Below, piece by piece: positions 38,137-50,949 of a DNA stretch of 64,000 bases. A program made the position numbers and the translations under genes. Positions within the stretch are counted from its first letter, which is position 1, and the number at the start of each line of letters is the position of its first letter. The notes beneath the pieces are model-generated. The model did not search any database. It was not told the DNA's origin and saw nothing but the letters and a program-made list of their open reading frames with translations. The DNA comes from Chiloscyllium plagiosum (taxonomy: Eukaryota), in assembly GCF_004010195.1 (NCBI RefSeq), contig NC_057711.1, positions 41,711,581-41,775,580 on the forward strand, in the 5' to 3' direction.

Positions 38137-40823
38137 ATAGAGTCATACAGCATGGAAACACTCCCTTCAGTCCAACCAGTCCCAACCATGTTCCCAAATT
38201 AAACTAGTCCCACCTGCCTGCATTTGGCCCATATTCCTCCAGACCTTTCGTATTCATATTTGTAACCAAACGTCTTTTAAAGTTGTAACCATACCTGCAT
38301 CCACCACCTCATAAGGAGGAGGTGTTAGCAATTCTGGAAAATGTGAAAATAGATAAGTGCCCTGGGCCGGATGGGATTTATTCTCAGATTCTCTGGGAAG
38401 CTTGAGAGGGGATTACAGAGCCTCTGGCTTTGATCTTTACATCATCATTTTCTACAGGAATAGTGCCAGAAGACCAGAAGATAGCAAATTTGCTACACGA
38501 TCATCATATCCTTTTTTTTCTCATTAATCCCTTGTTCAAGAAGGGGAGTAACAACAACCCTGATAATTATAGACCAGTGAGCCTTACTTCAGTTTTAGGT
38601 AAAGTGTTGGAAAAGGTTATAAGAGATAGGAATAATTCGATTAGGGATAGTCAATATGGTTTTGTGGAGGGTAGGTCAGGCCTCACAAACTTTATTGAGT
38701 TGTTTGAGAAGGTGACCAAAAAGGTGGATGAAGGTCAAGCGGTTGAAGTGGTGTATATGGATTCCATAAAGCACTTGGTAAGGTTCCCCATGGTAGGCTC
38801 TTGCACAAAATACGGAGGCATGGGATTGAGGGTGCTTTAGCGGTTTGGATCAGAAATTGGATAGTTGTAAGAAGAAGGTGGTTGATGGGAAATGTTCATC
38901 CTGGAGTTCAGTTACTAGTGGTGTACCACAAAGATCTGTTTTGGGGCCACTGCTGTTGGTCATTTTTATAAATGACCTGGATGCGGGCATAGAAGGATGG
39001 GTTAGTGAATTTGCAGATGACACTAAGTTCGGTAGAGTTGTGATTAGTGCGGAGGGATGTTGCAGGTTACAGAGTGACATAGATAAGCTGCAGAGCTGGG
39101 CTGCGAGATGGCAAATGGAGTTTAATGTGGAAAAGTGTGAGGTTATTCATTTTGGAATGAGTAACAGGAGTACTGAGTTGATGGGAAGATTCTTGGTAGT
39201 ATGGATGAGCAGAGAGATCTCAGTGTCCATGTGCATATATCCCTAAAGGTTGCCACCAAGGTTGATAGGGTTGTTAAGAAGGAGTACGGTGTGTTAGCTT
39301 TTATTGGTGGAGGGATTGAGTTCTGAGGTTATGTTGCAGTTGTACAAAACTCTGGTGCAGTCACACTTGGAGTATTGGATTCAGCTCTGGTTACCTCATT
39401 ATAGGCAGGATGTGGAATCATGGGAAAAGTTGCAGAGGAGATTTAATAGGATGTTTCCTGGTTGTGGAGGGATGGTCTTATGAGGAAAGGCTGATGGACT
39501 TGAGGCTGTTTTCATTAGAGAAAAGAAGGTTAATAGGCAACAATAGAGGGATACAAGATGATCAGAGGATTAGATACAGTGGACAATGAAAGCCTTTTTC
39601 CTCGAATGGTTATGGCTAGCATGAGGGGACATAGTTTTAAATTGAGAAGTGATAAATATAGGAGAGAGGTCAGAGATAGGTTTTTTACTCAGAGAGTAGT
39701 AGGGGCATGAAACACCCTGCCTGCAACAGCAGTAGACTCGCTAACTTTAAGGACATTTAAGTGGCCATTGGATAAACATATGGATGATAATGGAATAGTG
39801 ATAATGGTTTCAGATTGGTTCCAAAGGTTGGCTCAACATCGAAGGCTGAAGGGCCTGTACTGTGCTGCAATGTTCCTCTGGCAGTTCGTTCCACACACGA
39901 ACCATTCACTGTGTAAAAATGTTGCCCCTCATGTCCTTTTTAAATCTTTCTCCTCTCACCTTAAAAATATGCTATCTAGTTTTGAACTTCTCCACCCTAG
40001 GAAAAAGGACACTTGTCATTCACATTATCTATTCCCCTCATGTTTTTATAATAAACTTCAATAAGCTCATCCCTCAACCTCCTATACTCCAGTGGAAGAA
40101 GTCCCAGCCTTTCCAGTCTATTTTTATATCGCAAACCTTCCATCCTCAGCAACATCCTGGTAATTGTTTTCTGAACCCTCTCCAGTTTAATAAAATCCTT
40201 ACTATAACCGGCTGACCAGAACTGTGCATAGTATTCCAGAAGAGGCCTCACCAATGTCCTGTACAACCTCGACATGATGTCCCAACTCCTATACTCAAAG
40301 GACTAAGCAATGAAGGCAAACATGCGAAATGCCTCCTTAAACATCCTGTCTACCTGAGACGCAATTTTCAGAGAATTATGTACCTGAATCGCTAGGTGTC
40401 TGTTCTACAACTCAGCAAGGGATCTACCATTAATTGTGTAAGTCCTGCCCTTGTTTCTTTTTCCAAAATGCAATACTTAACTTCAATTAAATACTTAAAC
40501 TTCATCTGCCGCTCCTCAGCCCATTGACCAAATTGGTCGAGAGCTCTTTGTAAACTTAGACCTTCTTCACTGTTCACTTTACCACTAATTTTGGTGTCAT
40601 TTGCAAACGTACTAACCATGCCTCCTATATTCTCATTCCAAATCATTTATATAAATGACAAACAAAAGTGGACCCAGAACCAATCCCTGTGGAACACCAC
40701 TGGTCACAAGTCTCCAGCCTGAAAAACAATTCTCACCTCCACCTCCGTCTCCTACCATAAAGCCAATTTTGTATCCAATTGGCAATCTCATTTGAATCCC
40801 ACTTTACTAATTAATCTACCATG
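38137..40823 (-). mobile_element. CR1 (RT to tail) split by a + strand CR1
   Basis: The host breaks at ccaccacctc (38310) and resumes at ctctggcagttcg (39876). ORFs 39997-40275 and 40392-40646 are RT pieces. Confidence 0.85.
38311..39875 (+). mobile_element. 5'-truncated CR1 with a disrupted RT
   Basis: ORFs 38430 (NYRPVSLTSVLGK) and 38845 (SGVPQRSVLGP, FADDTK, WQMEFNVEKC). Confidence 0.9.
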
Positions 40824-41369
40824 CGCAGTAGCATTAATGTTGTTTCTCATCATCAAGAATGGAAATGTAGGTGGCTTAATAACACAACTTAAGGTGAATT
40901 CATTACAAGTATATTGTTTCTATTCTTGTGGTAATTGTAAACCATAATTAGATTTAAATGCCAGTTTACTGCACCTAAAAACCTCCATTTTCCAGATCAT
41001 CCTCAAAGTTATGGTGTTCTGTACAATATAACTACTGAATAAGGCAGTAAACAGTTATTGTAAAAATAAACATGGGCATCTGTGGAAGAAAAGCAATATT
41101 TAAAGAAAAACAAAGTGGGTTTAGTACAAATTGTTTGAAAATTCAATTTGTTGTTTGCAATTTGAGCCAAAATTCTGTAATTTTCATAATACCCTGCTGG
41201 GTCATTCCGAGATCGATTAGATTTCCAAAGTTCAAACACACACTTGCAAATATTCAATAATGAAAACATTGTTGAAAATCCTAGTAGCTCATGTAACCAA
41301 AAAAGGCTTTAATTCTGTTCAGTTATCATGTACATGTAGAATTCTAGGGAGAAATATCAATTTAGCTTG

Positions 41370-41600
41370 GTGAATGAATTGGAAGATTGCGGACTCATTC
41401 CCATTCCAGGACTTGGACACGTCATTTTGGCTAATATTTCAGCTCATGCGGAGGAAGTGTTGTATTACCATAATTGATGATAATTGAGTGAGATGTTAAA
41501 AATGGCTGCGACTGCATGCTTAGATGATTATAAAAGATTTCAAGGCACTATTTGAATGTTGGGTGCATATTTGTTCTGAAGTTTATTTGCTCCTAAACTA
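41370..41600 (+). mobile_element. Ancient Deu-domain SINE (SacSINE1/AmnSINE-like), highly diverged
   Basis: cccattccaggacttg...gagatgttaaa...taaaagatttcaaggcactatttgaa resembles the Deu-domain consensus as I recall it; not confirmed by alignment. Confidence 0.55.
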
Positions 41601-44600
41601 ATATAGATCATTATTAGAATGTGCGAGGCAGTTAGAAATAGCATGAACAAATATTTTTCTTTTCTGCATTGTCAGTTTACCAGCAGCACTAGGGGAAATA
41701 GTTATTCAGTGTGAAATGAGTGCTCTTTTATTTTCCTTTTTGTCAATGAAATAGGTTTGATCCACTTAAAATTTGCAGCAGTTTGAACATAAGTTACTGA
41801 CCTGAGTGTTTTCAATTATTCATCGACAGGGATAACAACAGGTCTTTGCAAATAAGGCAAGCCAACAAGTAGATGCAACAAGCACAAAAGAATAGAGTTG
41901 CCTAGATATCAGTGATTGTATTGCCAGGACTTGTGTACCAATCAAGTCTGAGTTTGTACACAAAGAACAGTAAAGTTTTCCCATGAAGATTTAAATTTCA
42001 TTTATATTCTTGTTGGAAAAGTCCAAATGGCATAGATGAGTTTTACCAAAAATTTGGTTCAGTGTCAATTTCAGGGAGTTTCTTGGTGGAATTCTCTCCC
42101 TGATCTCTGGTAGATTATCTCATGTAATTCTTCACTGTTCACCTTATTATGTATGATTCGTGCTTATATGCTGTTGCTCTTATGCGCAGTTGTGGAATTA
42201 CTTGCCACTGGCATCATACTTAAATCCTATCTGTGCACTAGGTCAAAAACTGCCAGGTACAGATAGCTCTTCACATGCATGTAGTGGATGTGAAAAGGGA
42301 AAGCGATGGGTTCTGAGTGCACATAGGTGGCATGAGTGGCATTTCATTGGGGAATGTATTGCCACGTTACAATATCACCTGTCCGATTGACTGTCAGAGT
42401 GCAGCTTCAAGTTATTTGGGATATCTGTCCTTATTGCCGTGCCATATTTGAATCCTGTGTATTTCCCTAATGTCCAGTGTAGCACAACATCTTATCATTG
42501 TTCAGGACTGACGGTGGCTCACCCCTGACCATTTTTGATAGATAGCCCTGATTGACCTCTGTCTTGTTCTGAGTGATTTAGCAGTAACCCCTTATTTAGT
42601 TGCTTTGGATCTGTAGGAGTGACTGTGGCACATTTGTAATGATATAGAACCCCTGATCTTGACTGCTGCATGTTGAAGCCCCTAACTGAGAACAGATGAG
42701 GACATTGAATAACTGTGCTCGTACTCCCTTAATGATGACAGTCAATCTTGACTAAGGACTTGCTGCTGTTGGACTTCAGACATAACCATTTGAATTGGAT
42801 GAAACATATGTTTTCTGTGTAGGCTGCTTGCACATGCTGCAGTTCAGGCATTGATGTAGCGCGGCGCTGTAAAGCAATATGTCCACTCTTTTGACTGATT
42901 ACAGCAAGCAAAGATGATAAGCTTGTGTCTGTGTTCAAAGGCAAGGCAAAACAAGTATGGTGAGACTAAATTCTGAATGATAAACCATGCTGTGAAAGAT
43001 GCTGGGAACATCGAAGTATGTGCAGTGTGAGTGGGTCCTAAGAGAGCAGGAGATACACCCTGTTGTAATCCACGAGATGGGTGTTCGTCCCTACATGCAA
43101 ATGGCTTGGTAGCAGCGTGATAGTACGCCATATCAGTGTGCTCCAAAGTATAGCTTTGAAGCAGATAATCATATTCTAAGTGAGTTGGAAATGTGCCATG
43201 ATGATTTTGAAAGACTGGCATGTGTCCAATTGCCAGGGTGGAGTTTGGAAGTGGGCAGGAGATGCAGGTGGGCACTACCCATGGAGTATACTCTAATATG
43301 TGGGGAACTGCTGGCAAGGTGGTGGCCAGAGGAGCAAAGAATGAGCTGGACCCACCAGGTACTCACTCAGGAATTATCGCCATCGGGAATTTGGTATCAG
43401 GAATTGTCACCATCTACTTTCTCTCAACTACATGGAGGGGTGAAAAGGTAGTAATGAGATGTTAATACATACAAATGGGTCTCTCACCAGTCACTCCTGA
43501 GATTCTCATCTTGCTGTTCAAAATGTACATGCAGTATTTTGACTTTTATTGCTTGACATTCCAAATCTCTCTTTTCCAATCGCACAATATTTTCCCAACT
43601 AATTCACCATAGCCCACATTGTTCAGGATTTAATGCAGAATGCATTATTGACAGAGTTAAGAATTGCAAAATGGAAAGCAATCTTTAAATTTTGCCCATA
43701 TTAAATTTCCAATTTCCCTCAATGGAGGTACCAACTTTGGGCAGTTGAAGTAGTAAAAACTTTTTATGAACTTGGAAAAGACAGCTGTGGTACTGTAATA
43801 GTTTTGGAAGATATGCTCAGACAAGATAAACAAATGATTGTATATACATCATTAAAATTTGATGGCACTATTTCTGGGAATCTTTTTCTATTTCTCAATA
43901 ATGATCCTTGAACTATGCTTGAGGCTTCTTCATTGCTAAGTTTTAATTCGTGTTGGGAACTGTTAGTCTATTTCATTGTTTCAGCAATTCAATTGTTTCA
44001 GCAATTCAGTCTCTCAAAACTTCTTTTCTAGTTGTTGCAAAAGGTCACTTTTAATATATTGTGTATTGTGTAAAATTCTTAAAGCTCATTAGTATCTTGA
44101 TATGCAGTTGCGAAATTGCATTCTGGGAGAATTAGCTTTGTTTCCTGAGAAGTGTGTTAGTTTAGTGTCGCTGCTTGGATAAGAGATGAATATGAAATTA
44201 GCAGTGAAAATACAAAGATATATTTTATCACTAAATCTCACAATTCTGGTATGTTGATGCAGTTATTTGAGTAACATTGAGTAAAATTGAATTTTGGAGC
44301 AACGTTATGCAGTCACAAAATCTGGTGACAAAGTGCAAATAACATGCTTGCAGCAATTCCTGATAACCAAGCCTGTAGAAAGTAGCCTTTGTTCATTATT
44401 GAGAAGAGGTGTGTTGAATTTTCTGGCTTCCACCGGTATTTTAGATGAATTTTGTATAGCCACAAGAGTCAATTATAAGATTTGATTGCATTTATTGACT
44501 TGCGTGTTTTTGAATCTGTGCATACCAATTTACTGGGATAGATTGATTAGGGTTATTCACCAATGAGGCCACTGTATACAGAGCAACTGTGTACAAAACC

Positions 44601-45174
44601 CTCAGCTCTCAAAATTCAAATCTGTGAGCACCAAATATAATCACAAGTGGAATGTAATTGTCTGTTGTGTGCAAGATTGTCAGAACCCACAGACTGACCC
44701 TTGACCCAGAGAATGACGTTAAAGAGGAAATAATTTGACCACTTTGTATCAGTAACTAATTAATTGTCGTGTTGGCCCAGATCTTTCCATCCCTGGATAG
44801 TCAAAGACTGGACACATTTCCATTTGGGACTATACCTTGACAGCACTTGATGTCATATTCTTTAAAGATATCCTGTTGTTCAGTTTTAGTATTGCCTGCC
44901 AACCTTTGGTTTCACTTAATGTGAGGCAGATACATCCGTAATTCATTTTTGCCAGTTAATTGTTTTTGCACTGGATTGTTCTTCGCCATTTTCTATAGTC
45001 AGTCTAAACCTTCTGATAAAATGGTGTCTGTTTCCTAAATGTTCCTTGAGTTATATTTGATCCACTTCGGTCACCTCATTTCTAGTCCAATCAGAAAGAA
45101 GACATACTCATAGAAGATTCTCCTGAATGTCCTATGGGAACTTCAGTCCCTCTTTGTGCTTTCTGCTACTTCTA

Positions 45175-45530
45175 GGGGGGAGACGATGGCCTTGTGATAT
45201 TATTGCTGGACTGTTAATCCAGAGATCCAGATAACATTCTGGGGACCCGGATTTGATTCCCACCATGGTAGATGGTGGAATTTGAATTCAGTAACTATCT
45301 GGAATTAAGGATCTATGATGACTATAGGTCCATTATCAATCGTCAGAAAAAAAACTATCTAGTTTACTAATTTCCTTTAAGGAAGGAAATCTGTCATTTC
45401 TTACCTGGTCTGGCCTACATGTGACTCCTGACCTACTGCAATGTGGTTGACTCTTAATTGCCCTCTGGCAAATTAGGCTTAGGCAATAAATGTTGTCAGC
45501 CAACGACACCTCATCCCGTGAATGAATAAA
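45175..45530 (+). mobile_element. tRNA-derived SINE sharing its 3' tail with the second LINE family
   Basis: A/B-box-like head (tggccttgtgat...gatttgattccc). Tail ggcaataaatgttg...atcccgtgaatgaataaa matches the LINE tail at 5605-5670. Partial - strand copies at about 27.6, 54.2 and 55.25 kb. Confidence 0.7.
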
Positions 45531-45790
45531 GAATACTTTTGTCCCAGTCTACAGTCAAATAATTACAGTCACACATTATAACTATTGGATAATTCTTGCA
45601 TATCTGTAATTTTCTTGCATATTTGTTTCTCTACATCCTTCCCATGTATTGGTGGCTTGAAGCAATGTTTTTTTTTGTTCCTAAGCTGTGGCCAAATAAC
45701 ATGCACCCCCTCCCCGATATTCTTTACAATACTTAACAATCTTCTTTATTAATCAAAACTGCCACCTTGTTTTTTTTCTTAGTTTTCCTG

Positions 45791-46217
45791 GAAAAGCACA
45801 GCAGTTCAGACAGCATCCGAGGAGCAGGAAAATAGACGTTTCGGGCAAAAGCCCTTCATTAGGAATAGAGGCAGAGTGCCTGCAGAGTGGAGAGATAAAT
45901 GAGAGGGGGGTGGAGGTGGGGAGAAAGTAGCATAGAGTACAGTAGGTGAGTGGGGGTGTTGTTCCAAGGCAGAAGATGAGGCATTCTTCCTCCAGGCGTT
46001 GAGTGGTGAGGGAACATGTCCTCGGTTGAATGGGAGGGGGAGTTGAAATGTTGGGCCACAGGGCAGTGGGGTTGATTGGTGCGGGTGTCCCAGAGATGTT
46101 CCCTAAAGCGCTCTGCTAGGAGGCGTCCAGTCTCCCCAATGTAGAGGAGACCGCATCGGGAGCAGCGGATACAATAAATAATTTTGTTTTCCAGCATCTG
46201 CAGTCATTGTTTTTACC
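45791..46217 (-). mobile_element. Penelope-like element fragment: GIY-YIG endonuclease plus family B terminal repeat
   Basis: ORF 45859-46197 (-) IIYCIRCSRCGLLYIGETGRLLAERFREHL...PVAQHFNSPSH. Hammerhead-like ctaatgaagggcttttgcccgaaacgtc on the - strand (G5 mutated). 15-bp TSD with 1 mismatch (45776-45790, 46218-46232). Confidence 0.9.
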
Positions 46218-47757
46218 TTCTTATTTTTCCTGAATACCTTGTATCTGAGAATGTAGGTTAATTTCCTATTAACCTTCTTAATTCTGACTCTGTGACTACA
46301 TCCATCATGGGTTGATATTAATGTGGAACCCAAACACCATTGTTCCCATTAAGGTATCTGCATCCTTGAGCATGGCAGCAGGAAAATGACAGACCCTGCA
46401 GGTATCATATTTGTGGCTATAGGTCAGTTCTCTAACTATAGAATTCCATGTCACTATATTTTTCAATCTTCTTTATGCCCCTCTGTGATGTTGTGGAATT
46501 GGCTCTAGCTACAGTCCCCAGAGAGACTGTCATCCTTGTCAGTATTCAGACTGCTGACTTGCTATGAAGTTAAAAATCACACAGTCCAACAGGCTTATTT
46601 GGAAGTATAAGCTTTTGGAACACTACTCCTTCGTGACATGGATGTGACATGGTGCGAAACTGTGTATTGCAAAGACAAATTTGCTTTTCTGCCAGACTGA
46701 GATAATATGAGAATCATGTATGACAGATGAGTACTTTATTTGTCGTGAAAAGTTTATTTCGTAGGACGAAGATAAATGAACAATTTATTGTTTAAAATTA
46801 CTTTGGTCGCAGTGCAATGCATTTAAATTGGACAATTCCTTCATTCCTGATTCATTTTGACTTCACATACCTGTTGACACTAATTACCAATCAGTCAATA
46901 CAAAGCAGTTTCTTCTGTATCACATCTTACAGTGGATCTTTATTCAAAAGCCACTGACATAGTTGTTCTTCATCTTCAGGGATTGTCCTCATTTAGGAAA
47001 GACATGTGAATCTTTTCCCATCATTATAAATGCAATTGCCATCTCTATTTGATTGATTGAAGCTAGAAGATAATCAACAATTTGGTCCCTGAGGCATATG
47101 AGGTCAATTATATATTAGCAGCTCACCATCAAGAGTTGAAGATCTAAGTCAAGACTGCAGGAGGTCGCAATCTCGTCACATCCCACACTTAAAATCATTA
47201 ACTTTATTGAGGTTGTCAAACAGCTGAGATCTTAGCAATTTATATTGAGCACTTTGTTCTCAGAGTGATAATCTTTAATCCTTTTCCTCAAAATGCTTTA
47301 CTCGAGTCAATTTGAGGAATGATTGCTGACAGAATTGTCTCTCAATGAATGAATATTCTTCTACTTTCAAAATTTATTATTTTAATCGGATACAAACTGT
47401 AGTCAATACTTAAAGCGCTATCCCAATTTTTGGATTGTTCTTAGCATTATATCTAAAACACCACTGTCTTCACATTCTTGATAAACTTATTTATTATATT
47501 CCCTAACTCCTAAAATCTCGTCTGTACTGCATACAACAAAATTGGCACTGCTGCCTTCATCATAAGTGAGTGTGAAGCAACCCGAGATAGAAACAATTCA
47601 AATACAGATGGACTCTGAATAATAGATGTAAGAAGAAGTTTCATTGTGGTTATTTATGATACACAACAAGCCAAAGAAAATATGATATTTGTGGATTACT
47701 TATCATGTGTAACAGTAAATAGTTGACATTGAGATTTATTTTCAGGATCTGATATTT

Positions 47758-47945
47758 TTAGATTAGATTAGATTCCCTACAGTGTGGAAACAGGCCCTTC
47801 GGCCCAACAAGTCCACACCGACCCTCCGAAGAGCAACCTACCCAGACCCATTCCCCTATATTCACCTCTGTACCTAACACTACGGGCAATTTAGCATGGC
47901 CAATTCACCTAACCTGTACATCTTTGTGTCTGTGGGAGGAAACCA
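47758..47945 (-). mobile_element. 5'-truncated HE1-type SINE
   Basis: (TTAGA)n tail and 3' half, matching the other copies in structure. Confidence 0.85.
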
Positions 47946-48191
47946 GATTGCTGCCATTTAAATGAAGTATTAAATATAAAAATATATTGTTTATACCATA
48001 TATTTCTTAGGATCACTTGTGTCCATTATTTATCTGGAAATGTTTCAAGTCACAATATGACAACATTCAGAGAGATACTTAAAAAAAATCAGGAAGGAAA
48101 CAACAATTCCAAGATTCAGTTCAATTTTAATTTTTCAAGTCTTTTTTTCATACATTACACTACAAAAAAATCAACACTTCATTTAAAGAGG

Positions 48192-48400
48192 TAAAACAAA
48201 TTACTGTGCATGCTGGAAATCTGAAAGAAGCACAGAAAATACTGGAGAAACTCAGCAGGTCTGACTGCATCTGTGGTGAGTGAAGCAGAATTAATGACCG
48301 ATCTGAAGAATCGCACTGGACTATCAGTATTAATTGGTTCTCTCTCCACCAATGCTGCCAGACCTGCTGAGTTATTTTCGGTATCTTCTGTGTTTGTTCC
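48192..48400. mobile_element. Penelope-derived fold-back element (family C)
   Basis: Inverted arms aaactcagcaggtctg / cagacctgctgagtt; 13-bp TSD with 1 mismatch (tcatttaaagagg 48179-48191, tcatttgaagagg 48401-48413). Confidence 0.75.
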
Positions 48401-49074
48401 TCATTTGAAGAGGGTATGAAAAGCATCCAGTATGTAAAGAATTACTTGCTATCATGATTTTAAGGTGAAGTACAATTACCAGTATTAGATATAGGTGATA
48501 TTCTTGGAATTGAGTTTAGAATTGTAGAACCAAAGTACAATCAGCAGCTAGTCAGCACGACAAGTTCCCTCTGAGTCACAACTGTTCTGAGGTGGAAATA
48601 TTAGTGTTCCATTAGTGTTGCTGTGTAAAAATGCTGGAGTTTCCTTCATAATGGCATTCTGAGTCTACTACAACAAATAGACTGCAGCATTTCATGAAGG
48701 CAGCTACTTCACCTTCTCAAGGGCGACTAGGAACAGGCAATAAATGCAGACCCAGCAAGCGACGCCAACATCTTATGAATGAATGTTTAGAAAAGATCAT
48801 TAACCATTTAAACTTTTAGATAGCAATTTAGAACTGACCAGAATTTGAATGAATTGTAAATCATACCTCATTCCTGGCTATGTTCTGTTTTTATATTAAT
48901 ACTTAGATCAGTTGGTGGTGTTGGTTGTAATTTTTTCTAGAAGTTCCAGCACTCTTCAAAGTGTCATCCCATTTTGTCATAAAATGTATTGTTTTTAGCT
49001 GCTAAAATCAGTTTCGTGCATCATAATGTTCCACATAATTTTGTTTTTGCTTTAGAACCTAAAACAAGATAACA

Positions 49075-49219
49075 ATGGAAAGGCATGTTTGCAGAATCTG
49101 GCCACTCTCCTCACCAGACACTGTACACTATATGCAGATAAGTTGGGAAAAGGAACGAGACCTGGGAAGTGGTTTTGTAGTGACTCTCTGCAATGGAGAA
49201 CAAGCTTGGAGTGGAAGAG
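49075..49219 (+). CDS. XRCC4: XRCC4 first coding exon (exon starts 49056; ATG at 49075; phase-1 donor)
   Basis: Acceptor ttgtttttgctttag|, Kozak acaATGG, donor GAG|gtattt. Translation MERHVCRIWPLSSPDTVHYMQISWEKERDLGSGFVVTLCNGEQAWSGR aligns with recalled human XRCC4 [46 protein letters not shown]. Not in the ORF track (too short). Confidence 0.95.
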
Positions 49220-50949
49220 GTATTTATGCATTGTAATTTTTTGTTTGTTTCTTTATAAGAATCTGATTTATACATTCCTGCTGAGGTTTGCTGCTTGATG
49301 CTCGTGTCTGTAAAGCTGATGTGTAATCTCTTGTATGACCATCTATTTATAGAGGAACATGAATATGCAAGCTTATGTTTCTGCACTTAGCATGTAAAAG
49401 ACGTGCATTTTGTGAACGCAGTTTGACGAAACACTCTCATGGATAGTGTGACTAGATTTTCAAAAGTCAAAACCAGAGCACATTGAAAGCCATTGGAAAG
49501 GTGGGGCTCTTGGATAATAGATAGGGTGGGTGACCACTGGCAGGACTCTGGAGAAGTGGCATTTGAAAGTGGAAGGTCATGTGATAACATCAGCCAGAAT
49601 AGGTCCAAACTGAGTTGGCAATCTGTTCCATAGATTGCTTAAAAGGCCTTATCAGCAATTAGCCATCAGCACTAAAAACATAATGGCAACTTCCTCAACA
49701 CATTGAGGAGTGGTAGAGAGGGATACCAGCACACTTTACTCAATAGAATGTTGTGTGATGAGTGATTACAAGAAGAAAGACAAAATTTAACATAGATTTT
49801 CTCCAGAGGTTTAGATTTTATTTGACAAAATGGAAAAAGGTGAAACAAGGACACTGAAGCCATTTTTAAAGAAATTGTCAGGACACTGGTATATTGAATG
49901 AAAAACCAGGGCGTCTGGTCTCTGTACTCGTGGATCTTTTACACATGGAAATGCAGACTGTAGCAATGTTGACTTTGCTTCTGAAATTAAAATCATGTTT
50001 TGAGATAATGCAGAGTACCTGAATAATGATTTTAACTTTCTCGAGGTTATTTAATTTTGATAATAAAAGAATTCAAAATTTAATCATTATTATTTTATTT
50101 GTGATATGGTCACGTGTTTAGTGAACAAATGCTATTTGCATGTTAAATTCAACGTTTAAATGATATTTGACTGAATGCAATGGAGAAGTGGACTTGATAG
50201 ACACAAGCTAGGGCTTTCAGCTCCTACTTGATGTGTAGGTAGATTTTGTTTGATAATGTGAAGACAATAAAGACAATGTGTGGTGAATAAAAATAATCCT
50301 CTAGTTCTGATAATGGGGTGCCATTTCCTCTTTGTTTTCTACCCAACTGATGTGTAACACTTTGGGAGTAATGATAAATTTATCTTGTGGTAGAATAGAT
50401 GTAAAATGGAGGTCTAGAATAACTAAGCAAAACCCAAGTTTCTTTTGGCATTGATACAGAAGTCAACCCTGTAACAGCTTTCAAGTTGTTGCAAAGTCAA
50501 AGAAGCTTATTTTAAAGGTAAATTGTGTTCCATATTCAATTCTGTGTCATTCTCCAGTGAATATTATGTATTTGATCAAAGTTAGTCCACTTAAGCTAAA
50601 AATAACAGATTTTATTTTGTGATAATATATAAAAAGAAACTGACTCTGTTTTATGATATTTATGTAAGCAACAAATAGCTCACTTTAATTTAGTGTCAGA
50701 AGCTGATGCATTTTAAAACTTTATAAATGAGGATGTCACATTTTGCTGAGGAAAGTTTATGCAAAGGCTGAAATTCATTGGAACTCATGAGAAACCTATC
50801 TTTCTGATTGAAATTGAGAGAGAAATACCAGGGTGCTAAGGATACTGGGAGAGACATTATAATGAGAATAGAGAAAAGTTAAGTTAATCGACAAAGTCGG
50901 AGTAAGAGAGAAATTAATGAAGTCTGACTTATAGTTAAACTGCAAGTAT

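Noticed and set aside
42300-43470. Longest ORF in the track (157 aa, 42844-43317 -) and a possible PIF/Harbinger transposase relic
   Set aside because: The ORF has no recognisable motif. The resemblance to Harbinger is too faint to call without BLASTX.
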